A DNA stretch of 64,000 bases from Felis catus. Taxonomy: Eukaryota. The notes below the pieces were generated by a model that was not told where the DNA came from, made no database searches, and was given only the letters and a program-made list of their open reading frames with translations. The stretch is taken from contig NC_058369.1 of the NCBI RefSeq assembly GCF_018350175.1, forward strand, positions 2,606,001-2,670,000, in the 5' to 3' direction. Positions within the stretch are counted from its first letter, which is position 1. Each line of letters begins with the position of its first letter. Both the position numbers and the translations under genes were made by a program. Positions 35,785-48,590 of this stretch are shown piece by piece.

Positions 35785-35969
35785 GGATCGCCCGGAGCCC
35801 TCACCCCACCTCGGCCCTGCACTTCCCCACGACCTCCATTCTGCCCCAGACGGCCTCCACCTACTTCCCGCACACGGCCATACGCTACCCACCTCACCTC
35901 AACCCCCAGGACCCGCTCAAAGATCTCGTGTCGCTGGCCTGCGACCCAGCCAGCCAGCAACCTGGACCG
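35785..35969 (+). CDS. NFIC: NFIC exon 8 (185 nt): (G)[61 protein letters not shown]
   Basis: CCACAG acceptor, CCG|GTGAGT donor (phase 0); [23 protein letters not shown] motif. Confidence 0.97.
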
Positions 35970-36640
35970 GTGAGTTTGCAGGGGGGGGCGACTCGGGCCT
36001 CCCCTCGGCCCCCCGGGCCGCCTGCCCACGCGGGGCTCCGGGCGATGTCCCCCGGGGCCCCGGCTGTCACTCAGCCTCCGTGTTGAATGGCCCTGTGGAT
36101 GACAGGGCCGCCACCTTCCCTCGTCTGAAGCGCCCGGAGCTGGGCCAGGTCAGAACCGAGGCTCTTTCGCGTGTTGGAACCGACGGCGCGGAGCTGGCCC
36201 CAAACCCGCCACGGTCCCGTGGCTGCGGCGCGGGCCCACGCTCGCCAAACTCCCGCGGAAGCTTTTGGGGCTCAGAACGGTTGCGCCTTCCGGAGCTGGG
36301 GCCGAGGCGGTTGGCCGCAGGCCTGCCGGTGAAGGAGGCGGGGCGCGTGCGGACCCAGCCGCGAGGCCGGGTGTCGTGTAGGGTGAGGTGGCGTCTCTTA
36401 CAAGGAGAGCAGAGGGGAAGAGAGCGGCTTGAGGAGGAGACAGGGGTCCCCGATGCCGCCGCGGGCCTGCGGGCTCAGGCGAGTGGGCACCAGAGGCACC
36501 CACCAGACTCGTCCCGGCCCCCGGCTGGCCCGGCCCGGCCCTGCTGCCCCTCAGACCCGCCCCCGGCGGGGCCCGCAGACGGCCGCCCGGGGCAGGGGGG
36601 CGCCCGCCGCCTTAACCACCTGTCTCTCTGTTCCTCCCAG

Positions 36641-36788
36641 TTAAATGGAAGTGGTCAGCTCAAAATGTCCAGTCACTGCCTTTCTGCTCAGATGCTGGCG
36701 CCCCCGCCCCCTGGGCTGCCGCGGCTGGCGCTCCCCCCTGCCACCAAACCCACCTCCGAGGGAGGAAGCACGTCGCCGACCTCGCCCT
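36641..36788 (+). CDS. NFIC: NFIC exon 9 (148 nt, cassette exon, proline-rich activation region): [49 protein letters not shown]
   Basis: CTTAAC branch-like site, TCCCAG acceptor, T|GTAAGC donor. Confidence 0.95.
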
Positions 36789-38327
36789 GTAAGCACTCGG
36801 GAAGCGGTGCCCGTGGCAGGGCGGGCGTCCCTGAGGGGCCCCCTCCCCTCCCCTCCCCGACTGCTGGGGCCCGGGGCTCAGGCCCGGCCTGCCGGGTGCT
36901 GGTGAGTTTGGTGGGTCCCCAGACGGAGGCCCACAGGGGCCCAAGGCAGCCTTAGGGAATGGAAGGAGAGGGCCGGGGGCAGTCTGGGGTCCCCGCGCGC
37001 CCACTCCCGGTGATAAGCGCCCTCCTCTGTGCGACGGGCAGGTGGCCGTAGGCGAAGATCTCAAACTGGCCGCCCTGGGGGCAGAGGGAGCCCCCAGAGG
37101 CCTTGTGTTTGTGCAAAATGAGCATTTGTCGTTGTCGTAGAATCAGGACAGCTCACTGGAAAATTTCCGGAGTTCTAGACTCTTGGGGGAGAAAGCAGCC
37201 GAAATGGGCCCGGCTCCTGCCGGGCGCCCAGGCTGGGCCACGCCTCTAGATGGGACAGCCCCCACCTGACCCCAGAAGGCCTTGAGTTGACTGCCTCGCC
37301 TTCTAGAACTTTCCACGCTCCGGATGCGGTTCCAGGTGACAGGTCGCTGGCCCCTCGTGCACCGCCAGCCTGGGAAGCGGCTCCCAGAATCGCACTCCCG
37401 AGGTCCACCCGTCAACGGTGGCCCTGCACCCAGCCTCTCCCTGCACCCCAGTGCGGGCTTGGGCGGGCCGTCCACCCTCCCCCAGGCTGCCTCACTCTGG
37501 GCCACCGTCCTCTGGGCCATCCCGTGAGGCCGTCTCAGTCGGTGACCCCGAGCAGATGGTCTCAGAGACCCCCGACCCCTCAGTCTGGCCCCCACACTGA
37601 CTCTGAGCGTCTCTCTCCTTTCCTCCCCAAATGAGGTTCCTCACCCGCCTTGAGCAGGAGGGACTGTCGGTTCACCCCCTTCCCCACATGCGCACCCCCT
37701 GCCGCCAGCATCCACCGCCTTGCAGGGGGCCCAGGACAGCTTCGCGTACCGACGGGCTGTCTCCGAATGCCGCGTGCGGGGCAGAGCGCCGGGTTTGAAT
37801 CCCGTCTCTGCAGCTCGCTCCCTGTGTGTCTTCGGGGAAACGCCCTCCCCTCTCTGAGCCTCCGTTTTCTCAGCTGCAGAATGGGACGGTCACAGAGCGC
37901 CCCGTCGCAGGGCTGTGGGAGCGAGCCGATGAGATAGATCGGAGAGAACAGTCAGTGCCCCACCAGGCGCAGAGTAGGGAGCAAATACGCGGGGAGGGTG
38001 ACCTCCTTCCCCGTCTGTGCAGTGGGGCTAATGATCCCGTTTGCTAGATCGAGGCCACTGCGGGTTGAGTGGGCCTGGCACAGACCTGGATTCCTCCCCC
38101 TTCCCCTGCACGCGGATTTCACCGGCAAGTCCGGCCTGCCGCCTCCTCCCGCCAGACCCCCACCCCCCACCCAAGGGCCTCACGCCCCCCACATACCCCA
38201 CCCTGGCTGATGCCACCAAGGGACCGTCCCGCCCTCCCCCACCCCCCCCCCCCCGGACCCCGGGCAGCCCTGGGCATCGTTTACTTGCCAAAAAAACGTA
38301 ACCTGTCAGATGAAAGCCTCCGCGGCA

Positions 38328-38369
38328 ACGTGTGTGCGCGCGCGCGCGCGTGTGTGTGTGCGCGCGCGT
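38328..38369. repeat. Mixed (TG)/(CG) alternating purine-pyrimidine tract
   Basis: Directly visible. Confidence 0.9.
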
Positions 38370-38759
38370 CTGTGTTGCAAACCCCCGGCCTTTCCCCCGA
38401 GCAGCCTCCGAGAGGAAAATTAATAAGTAAAGCGCCCTCAATAATTCATGGCGCCCCGCGCGGGCTGCAGGCCGCGGTAGCAGGACCGAAGCACACCCTG
38501 AATAATTCACAGGCGGTTTCTGATCATCTCATCTCGTGCCTGCGCTCTCAGCGGACGCCCCGCCCGGGTGACCCCGGGGCCCGAGACCGTGGGCTTTCCG
38601 GGGCTGACCCGGATCGGCTGGGGAGGGCAGCGAGCTTGGAGGCGCCGGGTGCTGGGTGCGAAGGCCCGGCTGTGTGACCCTGGGCAGCGGCCACCCTCTC
38701 TGGGTGCTCCCGCGCAGCCCCCTGCGCTAACGGGCTCTCGGTCTCTCTCCTCCCCGCAG

Positions 38760-38845
38760 CCTACTCTACGCCCGGCACGCCCCCTGCAAACCGTTCCTTT
38801 GTGGGATTAGGACCAAGGGATCCAGCGGGCATTTATCAGGCACAG
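38760..38845 (+). CDS. NFIC: NFIC exon 10 (86 nt): (S)[28 protein letters not shown]; alternative frame [16 protein letters not shown] when exon 9 is skipped
   Basis: GCTAAC branch point, CCGCAG acceptor, CAG|GTAGGG donor. Confidence 0.95.
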
Positions 38846-41800
38846 GTAGGGGCCGAGAGGCCGGCTGGGGCGGGGTAGGGAGGGGCAGGGCAGAGGGGCC
38901 TGCCTGGGCACGCAGGGAGAGGCAGGCCGGCTGGTCCCATGCCGCCCCTCCAGCTGCACCCCTGGCACGGGAGCCAGCTTCCCATACCCTTCCAGGGCCT
39001 CGAGCCCACGCCCAGGAACGTGGTACGGCCCCAGACCCTGTGTGTCACCTCCCAGCGGGAGACACTCACGGCAGAGCTGCTGTGAGGCCGGGCTTTGTTA
39101 CCGCCCCAGGCCCGTTTGTACAGATGGGAAGACTGAGGCCCGCAGAGGCGAAGGGATCTGCCCAGGATCACACAGCACGTCAGCCCAAGCTTGCAGCCCC
39201 CGAGCCTTTGTCCCCGCCCGTGCTGCTGGTCGGAGGGACCATGAGAAAGGAGGGCAGGGGGTGGCAGTGGACTCTAGGACTCCGGGGGCAGGTGGGGAAA
39301 CTGAGGCAGCCCCTGGCAGGGGGCGGGGCCTCCCGGGAGAGCACGTGCACCCCCACCCCAGGCTCCAGCCCCAGAGGTGGAGAGGGGAGCAGCAGGGGCA
39401 GAGGCGGCATTGCTCCACGGAGTGGGCGCCAGGGTGGGGAGAGGGGGATGGGCCGGGCCGGGACACGGAGGCTCCCCGAGAGGAGGAGTGAGTTGCCTGA
39501 GGCTGCACAGCCGTGGAGGGCAGAGCCCCAGTGGGTCCGGAACTAAGACCGGTGGCTCCCAGCTTCCCGCAGGGTTGGGGTCTGGGTCTGTGCCGCACGC
39601 GGGCCGGGAGTGTGCTGCCAGATGGTGTCTGGGGGTGGTGGCTGGGCCCCGGGGCCCCCACCCCTCAGCGCGTGTTGGGGAGAGGGTTGCAGGATGTCAG
39701 GCAGCCCCAGGGCAGCCCCTCCGGTGCCCAGATGCACAGAGAAAGCAGCCCGGGGCTCCCCAGCATCTCCCAATTGCCGGAACCGCAGAGCGTGGGCATT
39801 TGTGGGCCCCCGGGGGCCACATTTGGTTGCTCCCGGGACCGCGGGAGGGTTTCCTGCAGCAGAGTCCATGCGCAGGGACTGAGGGGCACATCGGGTACCT
39901 GGCAGCTATATCCCCCTTCCTCGGCGGAGACCAGAATCGGCCGGGGACCCTCTGGGGCGGACCTGGTTGCTGCTGGCAGCTCACTGGGCCCAGAGTGTAT
40001 GGAGAGGAGCCAGCCATCGCTCTCCCTCCCTGCCCGGGCCTCAGCAGTGAGTGCTCGCCCCTGGCTCTGCTCACCCACTCTGAACCTCCGTCTCTTCCTC
40101 TGGCCTTGGACACTTCCCGGGGGAGAGTCTTGGAAAGGCCCACAGCCGTCGAAGCTGGACCAGTTTTATCTAGAAAGGGCTCCAAAAGGCAGACACTGTC
40201 CCACACACCTTCCACACCCCGAGTATTAAGTGTTGTGCCTTGCTCAGAGTCACCCAGAAAGCTGGGGTGACTCCAGGACTCCCCACTTTGAGTTTGGGGT
40301 ACCCCGTGGGCCACCCTCTCTAAGCCCTGGCGTGGATACTCCCACCCCCCAGGGCTCTGGAACCCGTGCATTTTCTCGCCGCCCCCAACCCCACATCCCC
40401 GATGGGAGGGGGGGAAATGTCCTGATCTCTTCAGAAACTAAAGGTAATAAAAATGACAAGGAGGAGGCCTTGCCTGCTTAGCCCTTCCCCAGGTCCCCAC
40501 CCCCCTGCCGCATCTCTCCATTATCGACCGCCGCACGGGGGTCCACCCCAGCAGACATCCTACAAGAGGAGGGAAACCGAGGCAGACCAGGGCAGTACTT
40601 TGGTTCTGCGTGCTTCTCATTTCCCCCTATGGTCCAGTGGGGCCCAGACTGGTAGGAACCTAGGGGAGGGGGCCTCCAAGGCCCTGCCTGGGGAGGGAGG
40701 GGTTGGAGCTGGTGCAGAGGTGGCCGGCAGGAGAGAAGGATCAGGGTCCCCGGGCAGGGGACTTGGCACCGACAAAGGCTAGAAACGCCAGAGAAGCAGC
40801 TTGAATGTGGGGTTTGTCCTGAGGGCCGTGGGGAGCCATGGAAGGGTTGAGAGTGAGGGAGGGGCACAACCAGATCTGAGAATGAGAAAGAACTCTCGGA
40901 GGCTGGCATTGGTGGGGTGTGTGGGGCACGGAAGGGAGATGTCAGATTGATGGGAGACTCCCAAGGGAGCCTGGGTTGTAGAAGAGGTGAGGCCTCAGTC
41001 CGGGTGAACAGGAGGGCATCCCTGGGAGAGACCCTGCCCACACTGCTGTTGGCTGGACCACAGATCTGTGGACTAGGGGCACCCCAGTTCCCTGGGGTCA
41101 GGTGCCCCTCTCTGCTCCCTGCAGACCCTGAAGGGAAGGAAGGGCGGGGAGGAGGAAACCATGAGACCCTGTTCCCCACTCTCGGAGCCCCTGTGCAAAG
41201 GGCTCAGAGCTCAGAGGCCTCTCATTTCTGACCCAGTCAGCACTTCTGCGTCTGCCTTCATTATTCCTGGGAGGTTTGCTTTCCTCTGCGCCCCCCCCAG
41301 CCCCCAGTCCCAGCCTAGAGCAGCTCTGTCCCTCCCCACGCCTTCCCATCCTCTGCCTCCTCGCCGGTGCCCCTCCCCTGATCAATATCCCCCTCCTCCG
41401 TCAGTGCCCCTCCCCCATCAATTTCTCCTCCCCCATCAGTGTCCCTCCCCCAGGTCAATATCCCCTTCCCCATCAATATTTCTCCCTGATTAACATCTGC
41501 TCCCCCATCTACGCCCCTCGCACATTGGTGCCCCTCCCCCCGGTCAATTCAACTGATCGCCGTCTGGTCAATTACCTTCCTTCACCTCCCACATACATCC
41601 CCCCAGCCCTGAGCCATCTATCACTTCTTTGGTCCCCGGATTGGGGCTCCGCGGACCCCGATGCCTCTGCCCCCTCCCCAATGTGGTGGGGTCCCCCCTC
41701 CAGCATTTCACACCAGGATCCTTTCTGCCCAGAAGCACATGACACCCGTCCAGCAGATAGATGAGCCAAGGACCAGAGGGGTTAAGCCGCATGCCACAGC

Positions 41801-43044
41801 CGCACTGGCAGCTCCAGCCAGGCCCGGGGGGGAGTCCGCAGCCGGGACCTCACCCCTGGTTCCTCACCTCGGTCCCCCAGTCAGCGGAAGAGGAGGATGT
41901 TAAGTTACTGGGACCAGAGGCCTGGGAGGGAGGAGAGAGGAAGGGAGGAAGGGCCAAGGGGAGGCCACCATGGGGGAGGGTCACGCCCAGAGTCTGTCTG
42001 GTTGCCAACAGAAACCAGACATGAGGTAATGGCCAAGATGAACTTGAACTTGGCTGGAGGTGGGGGGCTGGGAGCCATGGCGCCAGTTCATTGGGATGGC
42101 CCACAGGGCGGCCTGGTTGGAGGGGCACGATCGATTTACACCAGGGGTGGGGGGGCAGCGCTACTCAGCATCAGTTGGGGGGGGGTCCCCAGGCCGGCCC
42201 CACACAGGTGCAGTCGATGCATTTCCAGGGGGCAGGGTCTGTTCCCCGTGACTTCCCTGTGGAGACCAGGACTGGAGCTGTCCCCGATCCCGAGCCTCAG
42301 CGCCACCCCCCCACCTCCCCCCCCCCGTAAAGTGGAAGTCATGGCCCCTCAGTGGCCAGGCCAGAGGTCCAACCTGGGCAGGGGAGGAGCGGGGGCTGGA
42401 ACCACACAGGCCCCAGCCTCAGTTCCACTTTGGTGCTCCCACGCTGGTGGACTTAGGCAAACGGCTTGACCTCTCTGGGCCCCTGTCCTCTTCACTTTGA
42501 AACGGGGTGGCGGCCAGGGTGGGGGCAGCGTTTGTTTAAAAAAAGAAAACGAAAGGAAACAGCCCCGATCGATCGCACGGCCTGGATATAAGGGGGCACA
42601 TCCTCTCCCCTATTCTGTGCTCAGGGCACTGAGGCTCAGAGACCTGGCTCTCAACAAAACCACAGGACGCTCGAATAGATTGACATTGCAGGTAAAGAAA
42701 AGATAAAAAACAAATCAATTAAAAGAAAATCGTTGTAGCATTAAGTATATTCTGCAAGCCGCATGTTACGTGCCGGAAGCTTTCTCTGGGGCTTCTCCAG
42801 AATTCAAATTTCACTGGGCATCCTGTACTTTGTGTAGCAGCCTTGCTCTGGGGCAGGCACTCGCCCAGGGTCACCCAGCAGGTTATGACAGGTCCGGGAT
42901 AAGGGAGGCGGGGGTCACAGGTCACAGGGAGGTGGGTGTGGGCAGTGGCCAGCGAGGTCAACAGGAGAGTCTGACCCCCATCTCTCTCTCTCTCTCTCCC
43001 TACCCCCCCCCCCCTTTCTCTCTCTGTCCCTGTCGGGCACCCAG

Positions 43045-43062
43045 TCCTGGTATCTGGGATAA
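43045..43062 (+). CDS. NFIC: NFIC terminal exon 11, coding part: SWYLG*
   Basis: CT-rich tract, CCCAG acceptor, then TCC TGG TAT CTG GGA TAA; SWYLG is the NFI-family C-terminus. Confidence 0.96.
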   Translation, partial: SWYLG

Positions 43063-45724
43063 GAAAGATTTCTTCCCACGCCCTGCTCCTCCTTCGCGGG
43101 AATCCCAGGGGGCCGCACAGCCGGCCCCTGGCCCACGTTTTCAGTGGAAAGTTACAGCAAGCAAGAACACCCCGCCGACTCCCAGCCTGGCCGAAAAGAC
43201 AAAACAGGCACATACGTACACACAGGAGGAAAACAAGCAAAAAGGAAAAAAAGGCAAAAAAAAAAAAAAAAAAAAAAAAAGACAAACGGAAAAAAAAAAA
43301 AAAAAAAAACACCATAAAAATCAACCCACCCAGCCAAGAAGACAAAAGGTGAAGACAGCAACCGTTCAGACTCTCGGGACGCCACCGCCGGACCAGAGGG
43401 CCAGGCCCAGCCACCGCTCGGAGGTCGGAGGTCGGGGCGTCTTCCTAAGTTATTCATCTCCTCTGGGCTGCTGCTCCGGAAGGTCGGGCGCCCGCTCCCC
43501 GCCTCCGCCCAGGACCAGGTGAGCGCGGCCTGGTGCCCCTGCCCAGGCCCCACGGGGCAGGACACCCAGCCAGGCCACCTCTGCCCGATGTGGGCCGGGC
43601 CTCCGCCGAGTGGGGACGCAGGCGCTGTGGGGACGGTGGGCGGCCGGCGAGGACCCCAGCCGCGGGCAGCAGAGGCCGCCCTGGAGGCCCCGGGCGGGCA
43701 GGGAAGCGGCGAGGGCAGAAGAGGGTTGTGGGGAGACCCTGCGTGTCTCCGGGGGACTGGGACGCGCGGCAGAAACTTTCTCCGGAGCGTCCTGCCCCGA
43801 CGCGTGCACGCGCCCGGCTGGGCTCGCTGGGGACTTGGTCTTTCAGCCCCAGGCCTGCCCTGTTTGGGAGGAGAAGTCTCTATGCAATTGACCCCCAGCT
43901 CCACCCCTCGGCATTGGAGGCCACCGCACCCCGCCGCCGCCGGCCCTGCTCCACACGCCCCCCGGGGAGGGACCCACGTTGCACACACTGTAAGAAATGC
44001 ACTTTCCGAGGAAGGGGCTGGGGCGCGTGGAGAGACCCAGAGCTCCCCGGGAGGGGACACCTGTCTGGAGCCTCCATCCACCCGAGCCTTGGGAGGGGAG
44101 CCCCCCCCCCGCCGCCACGTAGCCCACGGAGGTGGGAGGTGAGAGCGAGTGGTTTAAGTGCCTGATTCCCACCGCCCGCCCCCCTTTGTCCAGCTGGGAT
44201 GCGAAATGGCCGGGGGCCCCTTCCATTCCCTCCCACAGCCCGGCTGCCTCCAGTCACTGACCCTCATTGCTGTGTCCCCCTCAGAGGTAGAGAGATGGGA
44301 CTCCCCCACCCCACCCACGGTCGGCCCAAGGGGCAGAGCTGGGCGTCCCTCAAGCCCTGCTGCGCTCGGGCACAGGGGTGGGATCTGGGGAGCCAGCGGG
44401 CCCTCCCTCGCCTCCTCTGCCAGTGCCTTACATCCTGGAGCGACACCCCCTCCCTGGTGCCTCCCGGCCCAAAGGGGGACCACGGTTTGCACTTTCAACT
44501 TCCCCCCGCCGAAGTGGGGCGCAGCCAGGGAGGTGCATTGTGGCCGGGCCCCCACAAGGAAAGCAGGCCGGTCACTGTAGTCCACGTAGGCCTGGATGGG
44601 GTCGGGGGGGGGGGGTTCTGGCCAGGGGAGGGAGGGGCCGGCGCCTGGGGGGGTCCCCTGTAGCCACGTAGGGGACCCCCCATCCGCTAAACGTTTTCCG
44701 TTGAGCCGCTCCAAAAACACTAAGCTGGGGACACCGGGTGCCCCCCAGCCCCGGCTCCCTGGCCCCACCCCACCTCCCGCCCGGGATGGCCATCTTGGGT
44801 GGGGGGCCTGGGAGGGGGTGTTAGGTGTTCCCGGGTCACCAGGCCCAGACACAGGGGCCCCTCCCATCCCGTCCCAGGCCCAGCTGGCCTCCTCCATGCC
44901 TGGCCCTGGGGGAAACCTCCCCCACCGCAGCCCCCCACCCCCCGCCTGGGCCAAAGCCATCGCCCTGGGGAGGGCCTCCGCATCACCTGCTCCCAGCCTG
45001 GCCCTTCTCCCCCTCTCCCGTGCCCCAGGCCTGGCCAGCCTCTCCCACCTTCCCAGAAACTGGACTTTCCTCCCAAACCAGCCCAAGGGGCTTGGCAAAC
45101 CCACTCGACCATAGAGAGAAAGACCCGTCCCCACCAACCCCCCTCCCATCGTCCAGAGGCTTCCAAGAGCCCTTGGTCCGTCCGTCTGTCCCCAGGGCCC
45201 CCTCCACCGGGTGGCCGTAGGGGACCAAAGCATGGGCCGCTCTCCGGGAGGGCAGGAGGGGGTGGGTCGTGCAGTTGGGGTATCCGGAAGCTTCTCAGCC
45301 GGGAACCTTAGGGTGCGGGTAGGCAGGGGAGGGGAGGGGCGCCTGGCACCCCCCAGCTGCCTAACTTTGCATGGTGCTTAGTCGGGGATTCCTGTGACCT
45401 GGCTCCTGATGTCAGCTCGCTGTGGCTGACACTGCATGGCAAATGATACCTGGCTCTGTCTCCCCCCCCCCGCCCCCCCAGCCCCCCCCACCCTCCAACA
45501 CTACCCCCTCCTCTTTAAAAAAAAAAAAAGATACAAAAAAAAAAAACCTTAAAAAAACTCCATGTTTCCTAATTTGCACGGAATTTTCTACCACATGATG
45601 TGCCTTGCCTTCCGAAGATAAGTATTACCTTTAAACAATATCAGCGCACAGATAGCCGCATGTTCTGCTCGTGTAGTTAAAAAAAAAAAAAAAAAAAAAG
45701 ACAAAACAATGACATGAAATAAAG

Positions 45725-45730
45725 AATAAA
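45725..45730 (+). terminator. Candidate proximal poly(A) signal AATAAA in the NFIC 3' UTR
   Basis: AATAAA inside an AT-rich block; nearby genomic A-runs could also cause internal priming. Confidence 0.4.
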
Positions 45731-48533
45731 AATTGAAGAGGGATGTATTTCTATTTGTAAAAAAAAAAAAAAAGAAAAGAAAAAAAAAACGAAGAAGAAT
45801 TAAAAAAAAAAAAAAGCAAAATCACACGCTAAAGAAAGCAATCCACAGAATAATCGCCCCACGGTCCGCACCCCCCACCCCCCACCCCCCACCCCCGGCT
45901 CCGCGTCTCCTGCCGCATTGGGGGTGCTCGCTGGTGCTTTGCCACCCCCAGCCCCACCCCTGGGCTCCAGGGGGGTCATTTCCGAGTCCCCTGCCCACGG
46001 CAGCAGCGGACAGACCTCAGGGGTGCACCCTGGCCCCCCGGCCGGCGGTGTCCCCATGGGGTGGCCATCCTGCCCACAGCCAGACTTCATCCCACCTCTC
46101 CTGCAGGCTGGCGTCCCCCCCCCCCGTCCCCCGGCTCAGGGTCACATTGCCATCCCACCCCCAAGGCCCCCCTCCAGCCCCCCAGGCACCCCTTGCTTGT
46201 TGCCAAAGGACTCGCCGGCCCCCCCATCCCTGGAGACTGGCCTTGGGCGGCCTTTCCCGTCCTGCCCTCTCCGCCCCCCCCCCCTCCCCCCCCCGGCCCC
46301 AGCACCCAGTTCTGTGTCTTCCAGCTGTGACTGTGGAAGGTATTCGGTATGAAGCAAACAGAAAACAGGAGCCAAACCCAATAATATGCAATATCTGTCC
46401 GTCTGTACCTGTAGACCTAGTCCAGCCATCGTGGGCCCAGCCCGGGCCGGCGGGGACAGGGACAGCCCGGGCACAGGCCTCCCGTCTCGTGGCTGCTGAC
46501 ACTGTTGTCTTTTCCTTGAGTTTATTTCCTTCCCTTCCCTTCCTTCCCTTCCCTTCCTTCCTTCCTTTCTCCTTGTCTTCAGTTTCCTTTGCTCTTTATT
46601 CAACCAAAGCTGAGACAGTGGCAGACCGAGGGTGTCAGAGGGCTGAGTTTCTCGACCTGCGGCCCCCACCCAAGCCCACCGCGCATCTCCCGAGGGGACC
46701 CGGCAGGCAGATGGCCCCCATTCATTGACCTGCTGCCCGCCCCCCCCCCCAGAGCGGTGGGGGTGGGGGGGCCCGCAGGCCGGCCCTGGCTTCATCCACC
46801 ATCAGAACTCATACCATGTCCTGTTGCAAAACGACACCTCAGCAGGTCCCAGGGGGCAGGTCGCGGTCTCAGTGGCCAAAACACTGCCCCTAAGATCTGT
46901 CCTTAGGTCCGAGGGCCCGAGGCCACGCGTGTCCGTGTTCATGCGGCTGATTTCTGGTTTTTATTCCCCTCCCCCCAGAACTGGGGAGCAGCCACTGGAG
47001 AGTCCCTACCGGGACCCCACCCCGAGGGCTTCTCGGGGACCCCGTGGTCCCCCCCACGGTCCCTTCGCAGCCCGCCCCGCCTGACCCCAAGTTCCAGCCG
47101 TGCTGTAGAAAAGAACCGGGAGGCCTCCCGAGTACATACAGATGGCCCCCCCGTCCTCTCTTGGACGAGGACCTGGAATACCAACCAGGTGGAGGGGGAG
47201 GTGTGGAGAGGCGAGCAGTCCCGGGCCCGTCCAGCCGAGGAGAAAGGGGGTCGGGGGTCCCCAGGCCCAGGTCCGGGCCCCAGGCTCCTGCCGAGTTCTG
47301 AGCCCAGACCTCCACCCGTGAGCTAGACAATCAGACCCAAGAGGAACCCCGGAGCAGACGTGGGGGGCAGCCGCACCCCCCAGGCAGCAGACAATTCCAG
47401 CCTCAGCCCCACACATCCCCGTCTCTGTTCTGGAACCTTCTGTCTGTCCCCAGGGACAGCAGCCGTTAGGCAGGAGCCTGGGGCCAGAAGCAGCAACCCC
47501 AGGCCCCTGCAGGATAGACCGCGCAGACCCCCTCCCCACTCTGGCGTCCCCCACGGTACTTTGGACTTTTTTCTCATTAATACAGATCATACAGTGGCTA
47601 CTTTTTATTTTGGCCTGGATTCCCTCTCTGAGACCCTGGCTTTCACTTTCTTTTTGGAGGGTGTTGGGAGGGAGATTCCAGACACACATCCTCAAATCCG
47701 GCTTCCTCCCATCTTTCCCCATCTCCGCCCCTCGGGACGCCTCCTGAGAGTCCCCCCTCCAAACTGACACAGCCTCTCCCATCCAGCCAGCCATCCCGAA
47801 GCGTCTCGGAGCGTGTGGGGACCCCTGAGCTGGCCCACCCCCACCCCCGGGCGAGGCAGGGACACAGACCCAAAGCCGTACCAGTGCGACTTGTTGCGAT
47901 ACCAAAACAGCCTTTTCCCAAGCAGTGCCTCACATGTCTGCTGGTGTGGCTTTGGGGTTCTCCTCCCCTGTTCCCCAGGGCCCCCCCCAGGCCCTCAGGA
48001 AAGAGGAGGCGGGATCCAACAGGAGTAAGGGCTCTGGGAGAGGAAGGAAGTCACTCCCCGCCCCAAGCTACCGCCCTCCCCACAGCCCTCCATTCACACC
48101 TCCTGGCTACAAGGGGACCCACTGGAAGGGGACAGGGGGCTGTGTCCCAGCCCCCTCCGGCCAGGAGCCCCCGGTCCACTCCCCCAGTGCATCAACCCCC
48201 CACCCCTCCATCTTGGGTCCCAGTCAGGCCTCTAAAACCAAAGTCCCTTCAAATCCGGGGGTCCTGGCCTCTGCGCCCAGCCTCCTGCCCTCCCACCCCC
48301 AGGACCCCGCACGCACGGGGGACAGACGAGAGAGTCTGAGGGACAGAGCACAGCACGGGGGAGACAGGGAGGAAGGAGAGAGACCCACTGGACTCTGAAG
48401 TTCCTTTCTTTTCTTTCCTTTTCTTTTCCTCCGAGATATTTTTTGAGGTTCCCCCCCCCCATTTTGTATTTTACTGATATTACCAGGATAGTTTACTCTG
48501 TTTCTTGCTTCCTGCTTGCCACACACACCAGAT

Positions 48534-48535
<2 letters not shown>

Positions 48536-48578
<43 letters not shown>

Positions 48579-48590
48579 GCGCGCGCGCGC
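48536..48590. repeat. (CA)n followed by a (GC)n tract
   Basis: Directly visible. Confidence 0.95.

Noticed and set aside
44154..46728. 359 aa (-) and 331 aa (+) ORFs
   Set aside because: They lie in the NFIC 3' UTR, with GC-rich or poly-A-derived Lys runs and no protein-like signature.
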